45,694 nucleotides of DNA from assembly GCA_023245335.1 (NCBI GenBank), contig JAHFKK010000003.1, forward strand, positions 1 to 45,694, written 5' to 3'. The notes under the pieces were generated by a model, which was not told the origin of the DNA, made no database searches, and was given only the letters and a program-made list of their open reading frames with translations. A program made the translations under genes and the position numbers. Each line of letters begins with the position of its first letter. The stretch's first letter is position 1. Positions 16,558 through 25,460 of this stretch are shown in pieces. Source of the stretch: Candidatus Gottesmanbacteria bacterium (lineage in GTDB: Bacteria > Patescibacteriota > Microgenomatia > UBA10105 > UBA927).

Positions 16558-17252
16558 CCGGTCAACCCCCAACCTTTCAGGCAATCGGTTAATCTCACTA
16601 CTTTTTCCGCCGCAGAAATAGCATACAGGTGGTGCATCATGAAATTGGTTTCGTATCCGCATCGTTCCCGCAGTATTTCAACGGCTGTCGTGAACTTCAA
16701 ACCGTAGCGGGCTATATTGCGGCTCATCACATAGTCGTCTATAAGATCTGGCGATTTAACGCCCTGGATGGTCTCGCCGGCCGTCGGGAAGATGTTGGCA
16801 TAAGCCTCCTCCGGGGTCATGTCATCCAGTGGATGCCAGATATCGAGGCACCAATCGGAAGCGATGGTAAACCAGTTGCAGGACGAAATGTGTCGGCCGT
16901 CCCGCATGGTATAAATGTCTTCACGGTAGCGGTTCCCAATGATGTCTTTGCCGTTGTGCATCACCACATCTTTCGGCAGATAAGTCGTCATGTCCAGCAT
17001 GTCGGGGTGCACCAGTGCGTCCGAGTCGAGGTAAATGTTCCAGTCATTTTCATGCAGTTTTCCGAGTTCATAAATCTGGAATTTCTCGTAGCGCCCCGGA
17101 AGGTCCGGGAACTTGCGCTCGTTGATAACATGAAAATCCGCTCCAATCTTGTGAGCGTAGGCTTTGATAAACGGGAATGTGAGTTTAGTCACCTCCGGGG
17201 CATAGTTATCGATGCTGACCGTGTAAATGGTTTTCTTGACCTTTCGAGCCAC
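16554..17252 (-). CDS. GT-A fold glycosyltransferase-like protein
   Basis: YAHKIGADF, EKFQIY, IYLDSDALV (DxD) pattern of GT8/GT34-like enzymes. Confidence 0.7.
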   Translation of the reverse strand: MARKVKKTIYTVSIDNYAPEVTKLTFPFIKAYAHKIGADFHVINERKFPDLPGRYEKFQIYELGKLHENDWNIYLDSDALVHPDMLDMTTYLPKDVVMHNGKDIIGNRYREDIYTMRDGRHISSCNWFTIASDWCLDIWHPLDDMTPEEAYANIFPTAGETIQGVKSPDLIDDYVMSRNIARYGLKFTTAVEILRERCGYETNFMMHHLYAISAAEKVVRLTDCLKGWGLTG

Positions 17253-17269
17253 AAAACATCCTTTCTGCC

Positions 17270-20200
17270 CTATTGGGCGTTGAGAGAATCCTGCGCCAGA
17301 ATGTCCACCGTCTGGCGAATCACCGCGTCGGTTTCGTAAAGCTTCCGCAAACCCATGATTTTGGCCTCGCGGAGATGGTCACGGATCATGTCTATCTTTT
17401 CGTCCTTGTCCTTCAAGTCCTTGTAATCAGAGGAACGAACCAACTGATCCAGACTCGGCTTGAGCTTCGAGCCGGTGGAATCGAGCGGGGTGTCGTTCAT
17501 GTAGATGAGAAGTTTTTCGTACTGCGCCGGGTTGAGCTCGAATGGCTGCGGCTTGCCTCCCATGTCAGACGCAAACGATTGGTCATGCGCCGGCATGGGG
17601 AGTCCCCGCTTGAGATTGTACAATTCCTTGTCAATGGGAGAGTCCGTCCGCTTGCTGATATAGATAGGAGATATAGTCCGGTAAGCGGTCTGTAAATACG
17701 ACTCGCCCTTTTCGATTTCCTTGCTCAACGTCCGTCCCCACAAGTCGCGCTGCTTGGGGAGAGTGTCGGAAAGTCCAGGGATCTCGGAACGTATCGCGTC
17801 CATGACGGTATCGACAGACTTACGTTCAGGCGACATGATTTGTTCCACACCGCGCAGGGCCGATGAAAACGGCACCGATGTTTTAGCGACACTTTGCATA
17901 AGCTTTTCCATTTTGTTAACGTCGGCTTCGTAGGCGGCATTGATTCCTTGGCTGATGCCCTGCATGAATGTCTTGCTCATGTAGTTTTGTGAAGTGGAGG
18001 CCATAAATGCCGGGAAGATCTTGTCGGTTTCCGGGGCAAGCTTTGGGTCGGCAAGGCCCACAATCTCGGACGCATCGGCGGCCACTCCGAACACTGACGA
18101 AAACGGTTCCAGTCGCCCATACTCAACTACCGTGTCACCGACATTGAACGAATACGGTTTATGGCCGTCACGCAACCAAGCCTTCCTAACGTTCGGATCA
18201 CGCGGTCCGTACCCGTTGACCATCCCGGCCATAGTCATTCCGACCGCAGCACCCCACACCATCGTTCCTATGGCCTGTTTTGCAAGCGCCATGTCCCGCC
18301 GCGCACCCCCCGCCTCGAAGTCCTCCCGCATTGATTTCAGCGCAAACCCGAAACCAGGAGTGCGTTCGGTAGCGTAACGGAACACGTTGTAGGGAGTGCC
18401 AGTAAATGGCACCAGCATTTTCATGAAGGGATTTTGGGAGCCGCGAATCGCTTGAACGATAAGATTTTTGATAGGAGAAGTGAAAGTCAAATACCGGGCG
18501 TGTTCTTTGGCCCCCAGGTAGACATCCGGGGCGTGGGTTTGGGGATCGGATACGATTTCGGCCATCCGGTTGGACATGGCTTTCTTGACCATCTGTTCAT
18601 CGTTCATGCCCGAGACATCGATACCGGCTTTTTCCAAATATACCTTGGAAGCATCGGCTTGTCCATTAAATTCCTGCGTGGCTTTCCGCATGGACTGCGC
18701 GTTGAGTTCGGCCCGGTATGCCATCGCTTTGAAAGCGTCATCCTCGGCCATTAGGAAGCGCCCAGGCGTGCGAACGACTTCGCCCATGGCGTCTATGCCT
18801 TGCTTCAAGAAAGACCCTTCTGCGAACTCCTGCGGTGCCAATTTTCCGATTACCGGAATCTTTTTCAGGTTGGCCGCAACGTTCTCGGCGGTGATGGCTT
18901 TCCGTCCTATGCCCGACAACTCCAGCTTGCTCATCTGGTCTGACGGCTCCCCCGACACAATCCCGCGCCCAAGGATTCTAAAAAAGTCGGTGGACCCCTG
19001 CATCATGCCATAGGCGTAATACTGAGCTTCCTTAGTGTTTATCTCACCCGAGCCGATAGGCGATTTACTGATACCCGCCGCGATGTATCTCTCTCCGATA
19101 CTCATCACGTCGGTAATAAAGTTACTGGCTGTATTCGCCATGTGGGTGGTTGGAAGCCAGAGCATCCCGTTGATATAGGACTCATTCCACATATCCACGG
19201 TAGTGGCTTTCTTGGCCTGTTTCACGAACGCGGAAACTTTGCCGGGATTGTCCATCGTTGACAATCTATCGGCAATGAACTCTGGAGACACGCCGCCCGG
19301 AATGGCCTGCATGAAGTCTTTAAGTTGCCCCATGCGGAGGTCGGAAGACGCAGCTGTTTTACGGAATATTTGCAGGGCGCGCCCGGCTTCTGCGGCAATC
19401 CCGCTCATTTGCATCTGAATGGCGTAATGAACGTTGAATGCCCGCATGAACTCCATTTTTTGGAGGTCGTTTGCCATGCCACCGCGAACAGCATCGGCCA
19501 TACCTTTGAGGCTTGCAGCGGACGTTACCAGCATTTGACGGCCGGCTTCTATCTGCTCCGCATTGAACGACTGTCCCGCTTTACGTCCAAGTAGGTCAGT
19601 AATGCCGTATTTCTTGGCCGCTTCCTCCGTCATACCCCATGATTGCACCCCGCGCGCGGCAGTTTCCTTCTGTGCGGCAAACGTTTCCTGCGTGGAGGTA
19701 AGCAGGCGGTCAATGTCTTCGGGAGATTCTATGTCGCTCAAAAACTTCGGCTGAAGGTCTTCGCTCCAAATGCGTATATTACCGCCTGACTTCTCGCCGG
19801 CGTAGGATGTCGTGATATCGGGGTTGCGATTAGCGGTAAACTCGCCGGCTGCTTTTTTCATGTCGGGTGGCGTGGGAATACCGGACATGGTTTTTCGTAC
19901 CTGAGACACAGGCGCGTTGTTTATTTCGGTGTTGAGTTCCTCGGCCACCACTCGTTTCGTCAAATCGTCAATCTGCCCGACAGCCCCGACTTCATTCGCC
20001 AACAGCCCACGGAATAACTGCGTTTGAACTTTTATTTCTTCCGGCGACAGCACTTTGCCAACCATCGATGCCGCCTTCACAATCCCGCGTTCCAGAATCG
20101 GTTCAATCGTAGCCCCGCTGAACAGCCCCAACACCACCGCCGTGGGCAAGGCTAATTCAGGGATGCTTGCACCAACCACATCGGTCGCCATGCCAATCGG

Positions 20201-20737
20201 AACATCAGTCGCCATATTGACGATACCGGCCGCAGTTGCTCGTGCCAAAGACGGCATCAGCGTGTTCATGGAAGCCCGCGCTATGCTGGCACCGAATCCG
20301 GCGCCGAAAGCCTGTGTGGGGTCAATCATGGGCTGCTCAAGCCCCTGAGTCTCAGTTCCGATAGCAGCCTTTTCGCTTCCGGTAGTGTGCGCTGGAACGG
20401 TCTCGGTAAGGGTCGTAGGTGCAGGTTCCCCGTGGGCCGCCTGAGTGTTTTGACGGCCACGAAGACCCTGCACCATCGACTCCGCAAAGGTGCTCTCGGC
20501 CGCCTTTCCCTCAGCCGATTTTTTAGTCTGTTCTTTGCGGAAAGTTTCTTGCTCGGTTTGAATCGCTTGCTGCCGCACCAGTTCAGCGGCACGGTCGGAC
20601 TTAATCAATTCCTGCATGGCCGGGTGGTAAAACTCATGCGCGACTTGGCGGGATAGCAGATAGTTAGCAGTTTGGTCGTCGGTTTCGTCAGGCGCCAGTT
20701 GGTTATTTTCATCGAATTTAAGGTTGATTTCAGGCAT
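17270..20737 (-). CDS. Large internal virion / DNA ejection protein
   Basis: 1155 aa; helical; PFTGTPYN, YGRLEPF, RDLWG motifs typical of podovirus ejection proteins; synteny. Confidence 0.75.
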   Translation of the reverse strand: MPEINLKFDENNQLAPDETDDQTANYLLSRQVAHEFYHPAMQELIKSDRAAELVRQQAIQTEQETFRKEQTKKSAEGKAAESTFAESMVQGLRGRQNTQAAHGEPAPTTLTETVPAHTTGSEKAAIGTETQGLEQPMIDPTQAFGAGFGASIARASMNTLMPSLARATAAGIVNMATDVPIGMATDVVGASIPELALPTAVVLGLFSGATIEPILERGIVKAASMVGKVLSPEEIKVQTQLFRGLLANEVGAVGQIDDLTKRVVAEELNTEINNAPVSQVRKTMSGIPTPPDMKKAAGEFTANRNPDITTSYAGEKSGGNIRIWSEDLQPKFLSDIESPEDIDRLLTSTQETFAAQKETAARGVQSWGMTEEAAKKYGITDLLGRKAGQSFNAEQIEAGRQMLVTSAASLKGMADAVRGGMANDLQKMEFMRAFNVHYAIQMQMSGIAAEAGRALQIFRKTAASSDLRMGQLKDFMQAIPGGVSPEFIADRLSTMDNPGKVSAFVKQAKKATTVDMWNESYINGMLWLPTTHMANTASNFITDVMSIGERYIAAGISKSPIGSGEINTKEAQYYAYGMMQGSTDFFRILGRGIVSGEPSDQMSKLELSGIGRKAITAENVAANLKKIPVIGKLAPQEFAEGSFLKQGIDAMGEVVRTPGRFLMAEDDAFKAMAYRAELNAQSMRKATQEFNGQADASKVYLEKAGIDVSGMNDEQMVKKAMSNRMAEIVSDPQTHAPDVYLGAKEHARYLTFTSPIKNLIVQAIRGSQNPFMKMLVPFTGTPYNVFRYATERTPGFGFALKSMREDFEAGGARRDMALAKQAIGTMVWGAAVGMTMAGMVNGYGPRDPNVRKAWLRDGHKPYSFNVGDTVVEYGRLEPFSSVFGVAADASEIVGLADPKLAPETDKIFPAFMASTSQNYMSKTFMQGISQGINAAYEADVNKMEKLMQSVAKTSVPFSSALRGVEQIMSPERKSVDTVMDAIRSEIPGLSDTLPKQRDLWGRTLSKEIEKGESYLQTAYRTISPIYISKRTDSPIDKELYNLKRGLPMPAHDQSFASDMGGKPQPFELNPAQYEKLLIYMNDTPLDSTGSKLKPSLDQLVRSSDYKDLKDKDEKIDMIRDHLREAKIMGLRKLYETDAVIRQTVDILAQDSLNAQ

Positions 20738-20760
20738 GTTTTATCCTATGCTATCAGGCA

Positions 20761-20910
20761 ATGAATCGCGCAAAAAGGGAATACTTTTTAGGTGCCGCCC
20801 TGTACTGGTTTTCGGTTGGTATCGTGCGTCTCATGTGGTTCATCACCTGCACCGTGGCACTCCATATCTTTTTCAGATTTACCGGGATTCACTTCCCGCC
20901 GTTCTTCTAA
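20761..20910 (+). CDS. Small hydrophobic membrane protein on the opposite strand (49 aa, not in ORF track)
   Basis: MNRAKREYFLGAALYWFSVGIVRLMWFITCTVALHIFFRFTGIHFPPFF; fills the intergenic gap; TTGATT-17-TATGCT promoter at 20724-20752. Confidence 0.6.
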   Translation: MNRAKREYFLGAALYWFSVGIVRLMWFITCTVALHIFFRFTGIHFPPFF

Positions 20911-22667
20911 TAGTTCAATCTCTGCCTTTGCCTTTCAACAGCCTTAGACACTTCCGAATTGTCCGCCGCAGCCCCGTCCATAAGATAATTCTGCATCGCC
21001 AAATTAGATAAGCGCTGTAGATTGTCCATTTCATCTTTATAGCGTTCCTGAACCTTCGGGTCGTTGGTATCTCCCATCAACCCGGAAGTGAACGCATCGC
21101 GGGTTTTTATCATGGCCCCACTGACTTGATTGGGGTCCTTAATGTCAATACCGGGGTCCATGAACTCAGGCATACGGCTCCCCCGCAAGGTGCGTCGAAG
21201 GCTGTGCTGATAGGACTTCACAATTTTATCGGCCAGTGCCATGGGGTCTTGTTTGGGATTTATCCGCAAGTTCTTATAGTACAGTTCCTTGGCTTCCTCG
21301 CGCCGATATCGGGCGTCCGGGGCGTTGGCTAATTGCCCAGGGTCCAAGGCTCCGTAGATATAGGAAGCACCCTCCCCGATTGGCTTGTCCTTGCTGGCCT
21401 TGACGTAATTATCGGCTGTGGTGGTCTTGATACGCCCCTCGCGTTGTCGCTGAATGGCAAGAGAAGCCACGTCCTCCTTACGGGCAACGGCGGCGTCCAG
21501 TTCTTCAAGAACGGTCAAATCGTCATCCTTCGGTCCCTGCGTGATTTCAGAGGTCAAAGCCCTGAACGCTGTAACTGATATTTTCTGCTTGGCAACCAAA
21601 TCCGGCAACTGTCCTAAAATCGCCTGCCGCTCACTTTCGTCCTTGGTGATGGACAGCCGGGATGCAAGTTGCGCTTCGTTTGATTCCTGCGCGCGGTGCA
21701 TCTGAGTGATGGATTGAGTCTCTGCGCTCTCCCGCTCAGCTATCATCCCGCGCACCCGAGTAGACAAGGTTCCGCTTGTAGCGAAATCTAAGCCCATTTT
21801 AGACCAGTTTTCCTGCCGGTTGATATGGGCCAGCATGCCGTAGTAGTTCTGCCCGTACTGCGCCTGTAAACCTGCATAGGCGACTTCCAGGTTGTTGTCC
21901 TTGGTCTGAGACTCAAGCCGTTTCTTCAACCCGGCGTACTTGTCGCCCAACTCGTCTTTCCATTCCTCGATTTTGATGGCGGCTCGTTTGGGATTGGAAG
22001 AAATCAAGTCATCGGCGGCGGCAAAGCGTAAAGCCTGCGTAGCGTCAACCTTCGCCTTGGTGCGATCGATCCCCTGCCCGAGCGCGTCAATCGCTCCCCA
22101 CACGCCCGGCGTGATGGTTCCGTCCGGTGCCGTGCTGCCGTAAATCACGCTGTCGAGCTTGGCGTCATCCTGAGAATTGGTTCGGGCATCCACTTCCGAC
22201 GTGGCAATGTAGCCTGCGACGACGGAAGTCTTGTATTTCTTGTGTTCGGTGAACTCGTGCCGGGCCAACTGGTCAAGGTCGCCCTGCATATCGCGCTGGG
22301 AGAGTTTGTCGAACAGCGACCGTTGCGAGAAAGCGTTCAGGGTGGTCTTAGCCGTGTCCTCGCTCGCCTTCTTGTAAAACTCGGAATATTCGGACTGCGC
22401 TCCCTGCGCCTGCAATCCTTCGCGGTTCAATAGTTCGGCCAGCTTCGACCGGGAAGTAGTACGCAGTTCGTTAAAGGCGGTGTACGCCCGCGTGGTGTCA
22501 TACTCGCGGATAAGCTGTTCGCCCCGCTGCTCCAACATTGCCCCAGTCTGGTTCACAGCATTTGTAAACGGTGCCCAAGTGGCAGCACCCGCAACGTCGA
22601 GCGATACCCCTCGGGCCGGATTCAGTTGGGATTCGTAAGTCGGTGTAACTGACGGTACACGAGGCAT
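20907..22667 (-). CDS. Internal virion protein
   Basis: MPRVP N-terminus, helical composition, position before the largest ejection protein. Confidence 0.7.
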   Translation of the reverse strand: MPRVPSVTPTYESQLNPARGVSLDVAGAATWAPFTNAVNQTGAMLEQRGEQLIREYDTTRAYTAFNELRTTSRSKLAELLNREGLQAQGAQSEYSEFYKKASEDTAKTTLNAFSQRSLFDKLSQRDMQGDLDQLARHEFTEHKKYKTSVVAGYIATSEVDARTNSQDDAKLDSVIYGSTAPDGTITPGVWGAIDALGQGIDRTKAKVDATQALRFAAADDLISSNPKRAAIKIEEWKDELGDKYAGLKKRLESQTKDNNLEVAYAGLQAQYGQNYYGMLAHINRQENWSKMGLDFATSGTLSTRVRGMIAERESAETQSITQMHRAQESNEAQLASRLSITKDESERQAILGQLPDLVAKQKISVTAFRALTSEITQGPKDDDLTVLEELDAAVARKEDVASLAIQRQREGRIKTTTADNYVKASKDKPIGEGASYIYGALDPGQLANAPDARYRREEAKELYYKNLRINPKQDPMALADKIVKSYQHSLRRTLRGSRMPEFMDPGIDIKDPNQVSGAMIKTRDAFTSGLMGDTNDPKVQERYKDEMDNLQRLSNLAMQNYLMDGAAADNSEVSKAVERQRQRLNY

Positions 22668-22679
22668 AATAAATTATCC

Positions 22680-24122
22680 CTATAGGTTCGCAATCACTTT
22701 CATTGCATGAGCCACCAAAGTAAGCACTTCGTCGTCGTCTTTGCGGATTCTCCAATAAGCATCGACCGGGCGTGTTACCTGGGCAATCCCGCCGCCTTCT
22801 TCCGGCAGGGTAACACCGGCAAACCCGCCAATTATCGCTCCACCCACTGGGTCGTGAATGAGGGAATTGACGCCGCCGCCAAACACGGGTATGGCTTCAC
22901 CGCCGAGTATCACGCCGCCGTTCGGTTCCGAAACCGTCCCGATGGCGTAATCGTCCGCAGCTCGAATCACGGCCCCACCAGAACCAGTGAATTGCAGCGA
23001 CCGCGTGAAAGCGATTACGGCACTGCCTCCTGAAACAACCCCCCCGGTGGGTTCGTGCTTTATACCCGCTGCCGCTACAGCGTCACCGCCTAAAACAACT
23101 CCACCGGAACCGGTAAACGAATATGTCTGTACCCCGCCAAGCGTCACATTGGCCGCGCCATTCAATACCGCCCCGCCCTGTGGAGCCGATTTTACTCCAG
23201 AGGTGTGGGCAGTTACCCCACCGGCGACCTCGCCGCCAGATCCTATCATCCGCCGCCCGGATACCGTGGACGATTGGCCTCCCGAGACCAGGCCCCCAGC
23301 AGCAGAATAGCGCCTGCCATATTTGGCCGGCATGCCACCGCCTGAAACCAATCCTCCGGAAGGAGATAGTATTCTGCCAGCCTTGCGGGCAGCAGTTCCG
23401 CCTGCTACCGTCCCGCCCAACACGGACCTTTTAATCCCATATTTTTTAGATGCTGAACCCCCGGCGACCTCGCCGCCGGAGCCGGTTAAACTAAAGCTGT
23501 TGCCTGCCGATTGTTTGATCGCTGCGGCGACTATGACGTGAGTGTCGGTATTGTCGCCTGCCACATCGATTGTGAACGCGCCTGCCGTGGCCGCCGCCCT
23601 ATCGACAACCACCCACACATCTAATTCGTTGACTCTTATTATCCCGGTGCCGTTGCTGAAGGTGGTTGTGCCGGTTTGGTTGAAAACCAGGCCAATAATT
23701 AGTTCGTTATTTTCCGTGGTGCTGTCGGACCCCGAGGTATAAGGGGTTGCCGTGTCGGTTGCCAATGTCGGGGTGTAATTCGTATCGACAGCGGAGGCTG
23801 TGGCAACTCCTGAATATTGCGCTACTCCAACAAATAAATCAGTGGTGGCAAGCCCGTATGTAATCGTCACAACATTAGAGGCGTTGCCGGTAACTCCGAA
23901 AGCGGCCCAACATTCAACCCAGTTTTGAGGACCAGCCCATTTGCCACCGATTTTAGAATAACTGTTACTTGCGGTATCCGAAACTCCCGTAATGTCATTG
24001 TTTAGACTTGTGCAGGTAAAAACGATTATGCAATTACCGGCAGTTGCCGAAATCGCGTCACAGGCGAGCGATATGCCTGCTGCGCTGTATTTAGATTCTG
24101 CATTTACGAACGCGATTGCCAT
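22680..24122 (-). CDS. Virion structural protein with an N-terminal beta domain and Gly-rich GGxVxGG repeats
   Basis: MAIAFVN..AGNCIIV..VSDTASNSY; many GGxVxGG repeats. Confidence 0.6.
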   Translation of the reverse strand: MAIAFVNAESKYSAAGISLACDAISATAGNCIIVFTCTSLNNDITGVSDTASNSYSKIGGKWAGPQNWVECWAAFGVTGNASNVVTITYGLATTDLFVGVAQYSGVATASAVDTNYTPTLATDTATPYTSGSDSTTENNELIIGLVFNQTGTTTFSNGTGIIRVNELDVWVVVDRAAATAGAFTIDVAGDNTDTHVIVAAAIKQSAGNSFSLTGSGGEVAGGSASKKYGIKRSVLGGTVAGGTAARKAGRILSPSGGLVSGGGMPAKYGRRYSAAGGLVSGGQSSTVSGRRMIGSGGEVAGGVTAHTSGVKSAPQGGAVLNGAANVTLGGVQTYSFTGSGGVVLGGDAVAAAGIKHEPTGGVVSGGSAVIAFTRSLQFTGSGGAVIRAADDYAIGTVSEPNGGVILGGEAIPVFGGGVNSLIHDPVGGAIIGGFAGVTLPEEGGGIAQVTRPVDAYWRIRKDDDEVLTLVAHAMKVIANL

Positions 24123-24132
24123 ACTTTCTGCC

Positions 24133-24543
24133 CTATGCCGGGGTGCCGTTGCTCATCTGAATACGGGGTGTGATTTTTATCGTATCCCCGTTATTGGACG
24201 GAGTGAAGCTGGTGCCGAACCGCTCCCCCCAAATCGCCGCGTTGTTGGCGTCGGTGACGAAGTACCCGAACACGGTCGCGTTGGCGGTCAGATTTGAATT
24301 GAACGTGTAGGTCTGCTCGTTCTGAGTGGATTCGCTGATGTTCCCGTTCAAAGCTGTGGTCCACGAGTTTTTATCCAGCGTGATTGCAGCGTAGTTACCG
24401 CCAGCGGCGTCGGTGAACATGTTGTTAAGCGAAGTCACCACCGGCGTGTAGTTGTTGGTGAAAAGCCGCAGCGTAAGATTCCCGCTGCCCAAATACGAAA
24501 TGAGTGTTTTGTTCGCGCCCAACTGCGTGTAACAGAGTGCCAT
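24133..24543 (-). CDS. Conserved small virion protein, very Asn-rich
   Basis: LRLFTNNYTP...GGNYAAITL...GYFVTD...WGERF...GDTIKITP. Confidence 0.7.
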   Translation of the reverse strand: MALCYTQLGANKTLISYLGSGNLTLRLFTNNYTPVVTSLNNMFTDAAGGNYAAITLDKNSWTTALNGNISESTQNEQTYTFNSNLTANATVFGYFVTDANNAAIWGERFGTSFTPSNNGDTIKITPRIQMSNGTPA

Positions 24544-24558
24544 GTCTTTGCCTCCCGG

Positions 24559-24957
24559 TTAGATTTGCTCGATAGTGACTTTTTGAATCAGTTTTGTCTG
24601 GAAGTTGCGGTCTATTTTCATTTCAAAATTGCGCGGTTTGCGAAGTTCTTCAAGAATAGCCGTGGTGGTGGTTTCGTACCGCTTTGAAACTTCCGTCAAG
24701 GCGCGATTGAACGAAGTTGTCTGCTGGTTATGAAGTGCCTGTAATGCGTCAACCACCGGCTTGCTGTTATCGGGAACGTCAAATTTCAATGCTTCTATAT
24801 TGGCAGAAATCTCTCGCGCCACCGCCACCATTTCGGACTTGGCCGACTCGATGAAACGATTCATGATGGCGGGCTGTTCCTTCACCACCCGCATAAGTTC
24901 AGGGAACCGCTTCTCGATTGCATCCAGGAAAATCAATGCTGCGTCTCCGCTATTCAT
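24559..24957 (-). CDS. Hypothetical protein
   Basis: ORF with AGGTGA RBS in the tail operon. Confidence 0.6.
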   Translation of the reverse strand: MNSGDAALIFLDAIEKRFPELMRVVKEQPAIMNRFIESAKSEMVAVAREISANIEALKFDVPDNSKPVVDALQALHNQQTTSFNRALTEVSKRYETTTTAILEELRKPRNFEMKIDRNFQTKLIQKVTIEQI

Positions 24958-24966
24958 GCGTCACCT

Positions 24967-25458
24967 TTATTCACCTGTCCACATTTTTGATGTGCGTCCT
25001 GTTGAATCGAACCATCCCGATCTGGCCCCTCCTGCCACCATACTGGTATTAAGTATTGATCCAAACCCACGCTGATATAATCCCGCCGCCACCCCGTAAC
25101 CTTGAGCCCTTGCCATTGTGCCCGCGTTTTGCAGGCGCAGCTGTTCAATTCCGCCCGCCGAACGCAGAATGGCTATATCGATTTCACCCTGGATGTCGGT
25201 ATCTATTTCAAGCTCCTGAGGAGTTCCTGCCTGCGCGAAACCGCTTGCCGCAGTCTGCGCCCGCTGTGCCGACTTAACCTGCCCGATATTGCGCTGGAGC
25301 TTGGCAACACTGATTTCAGAAGCCGCCTTCTCGTAATCCGCCTGATACCTCAGCACGTCCTGCTGGTACTTGCTCTGCTTTATCGACTGATACGCCCCGA
25401 AAGCAGACCCCCCGGATTGCATCGCGGTTCCGGCCAGCATAATCAACATGGGCCACAT
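24967..25458 (-). CDS. Internal virion protein (T7 gp14-like position)
   Basis: Gly/Ala-rich N-terminus, QRAQTAASG..GTP motif; follows tail tube B. Confidence 0.75.
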   Translation of the reverse strand: MWPMLIMLAGTAMQSGGSAFGAYQSIKQSKYQQDVLRYQADYEKAASEISVAKLQRNIGQVKSAQRAQTAASGFAQAGTPQELEIDTDIQGEIDIAILRSAGGIEQLRLQNAGTMARAQGYGVAAGLYQRGFGSILNTSMVAGGARSGWFDSTGRTSKMWTGE

Positions 25459-25460
25459 AG

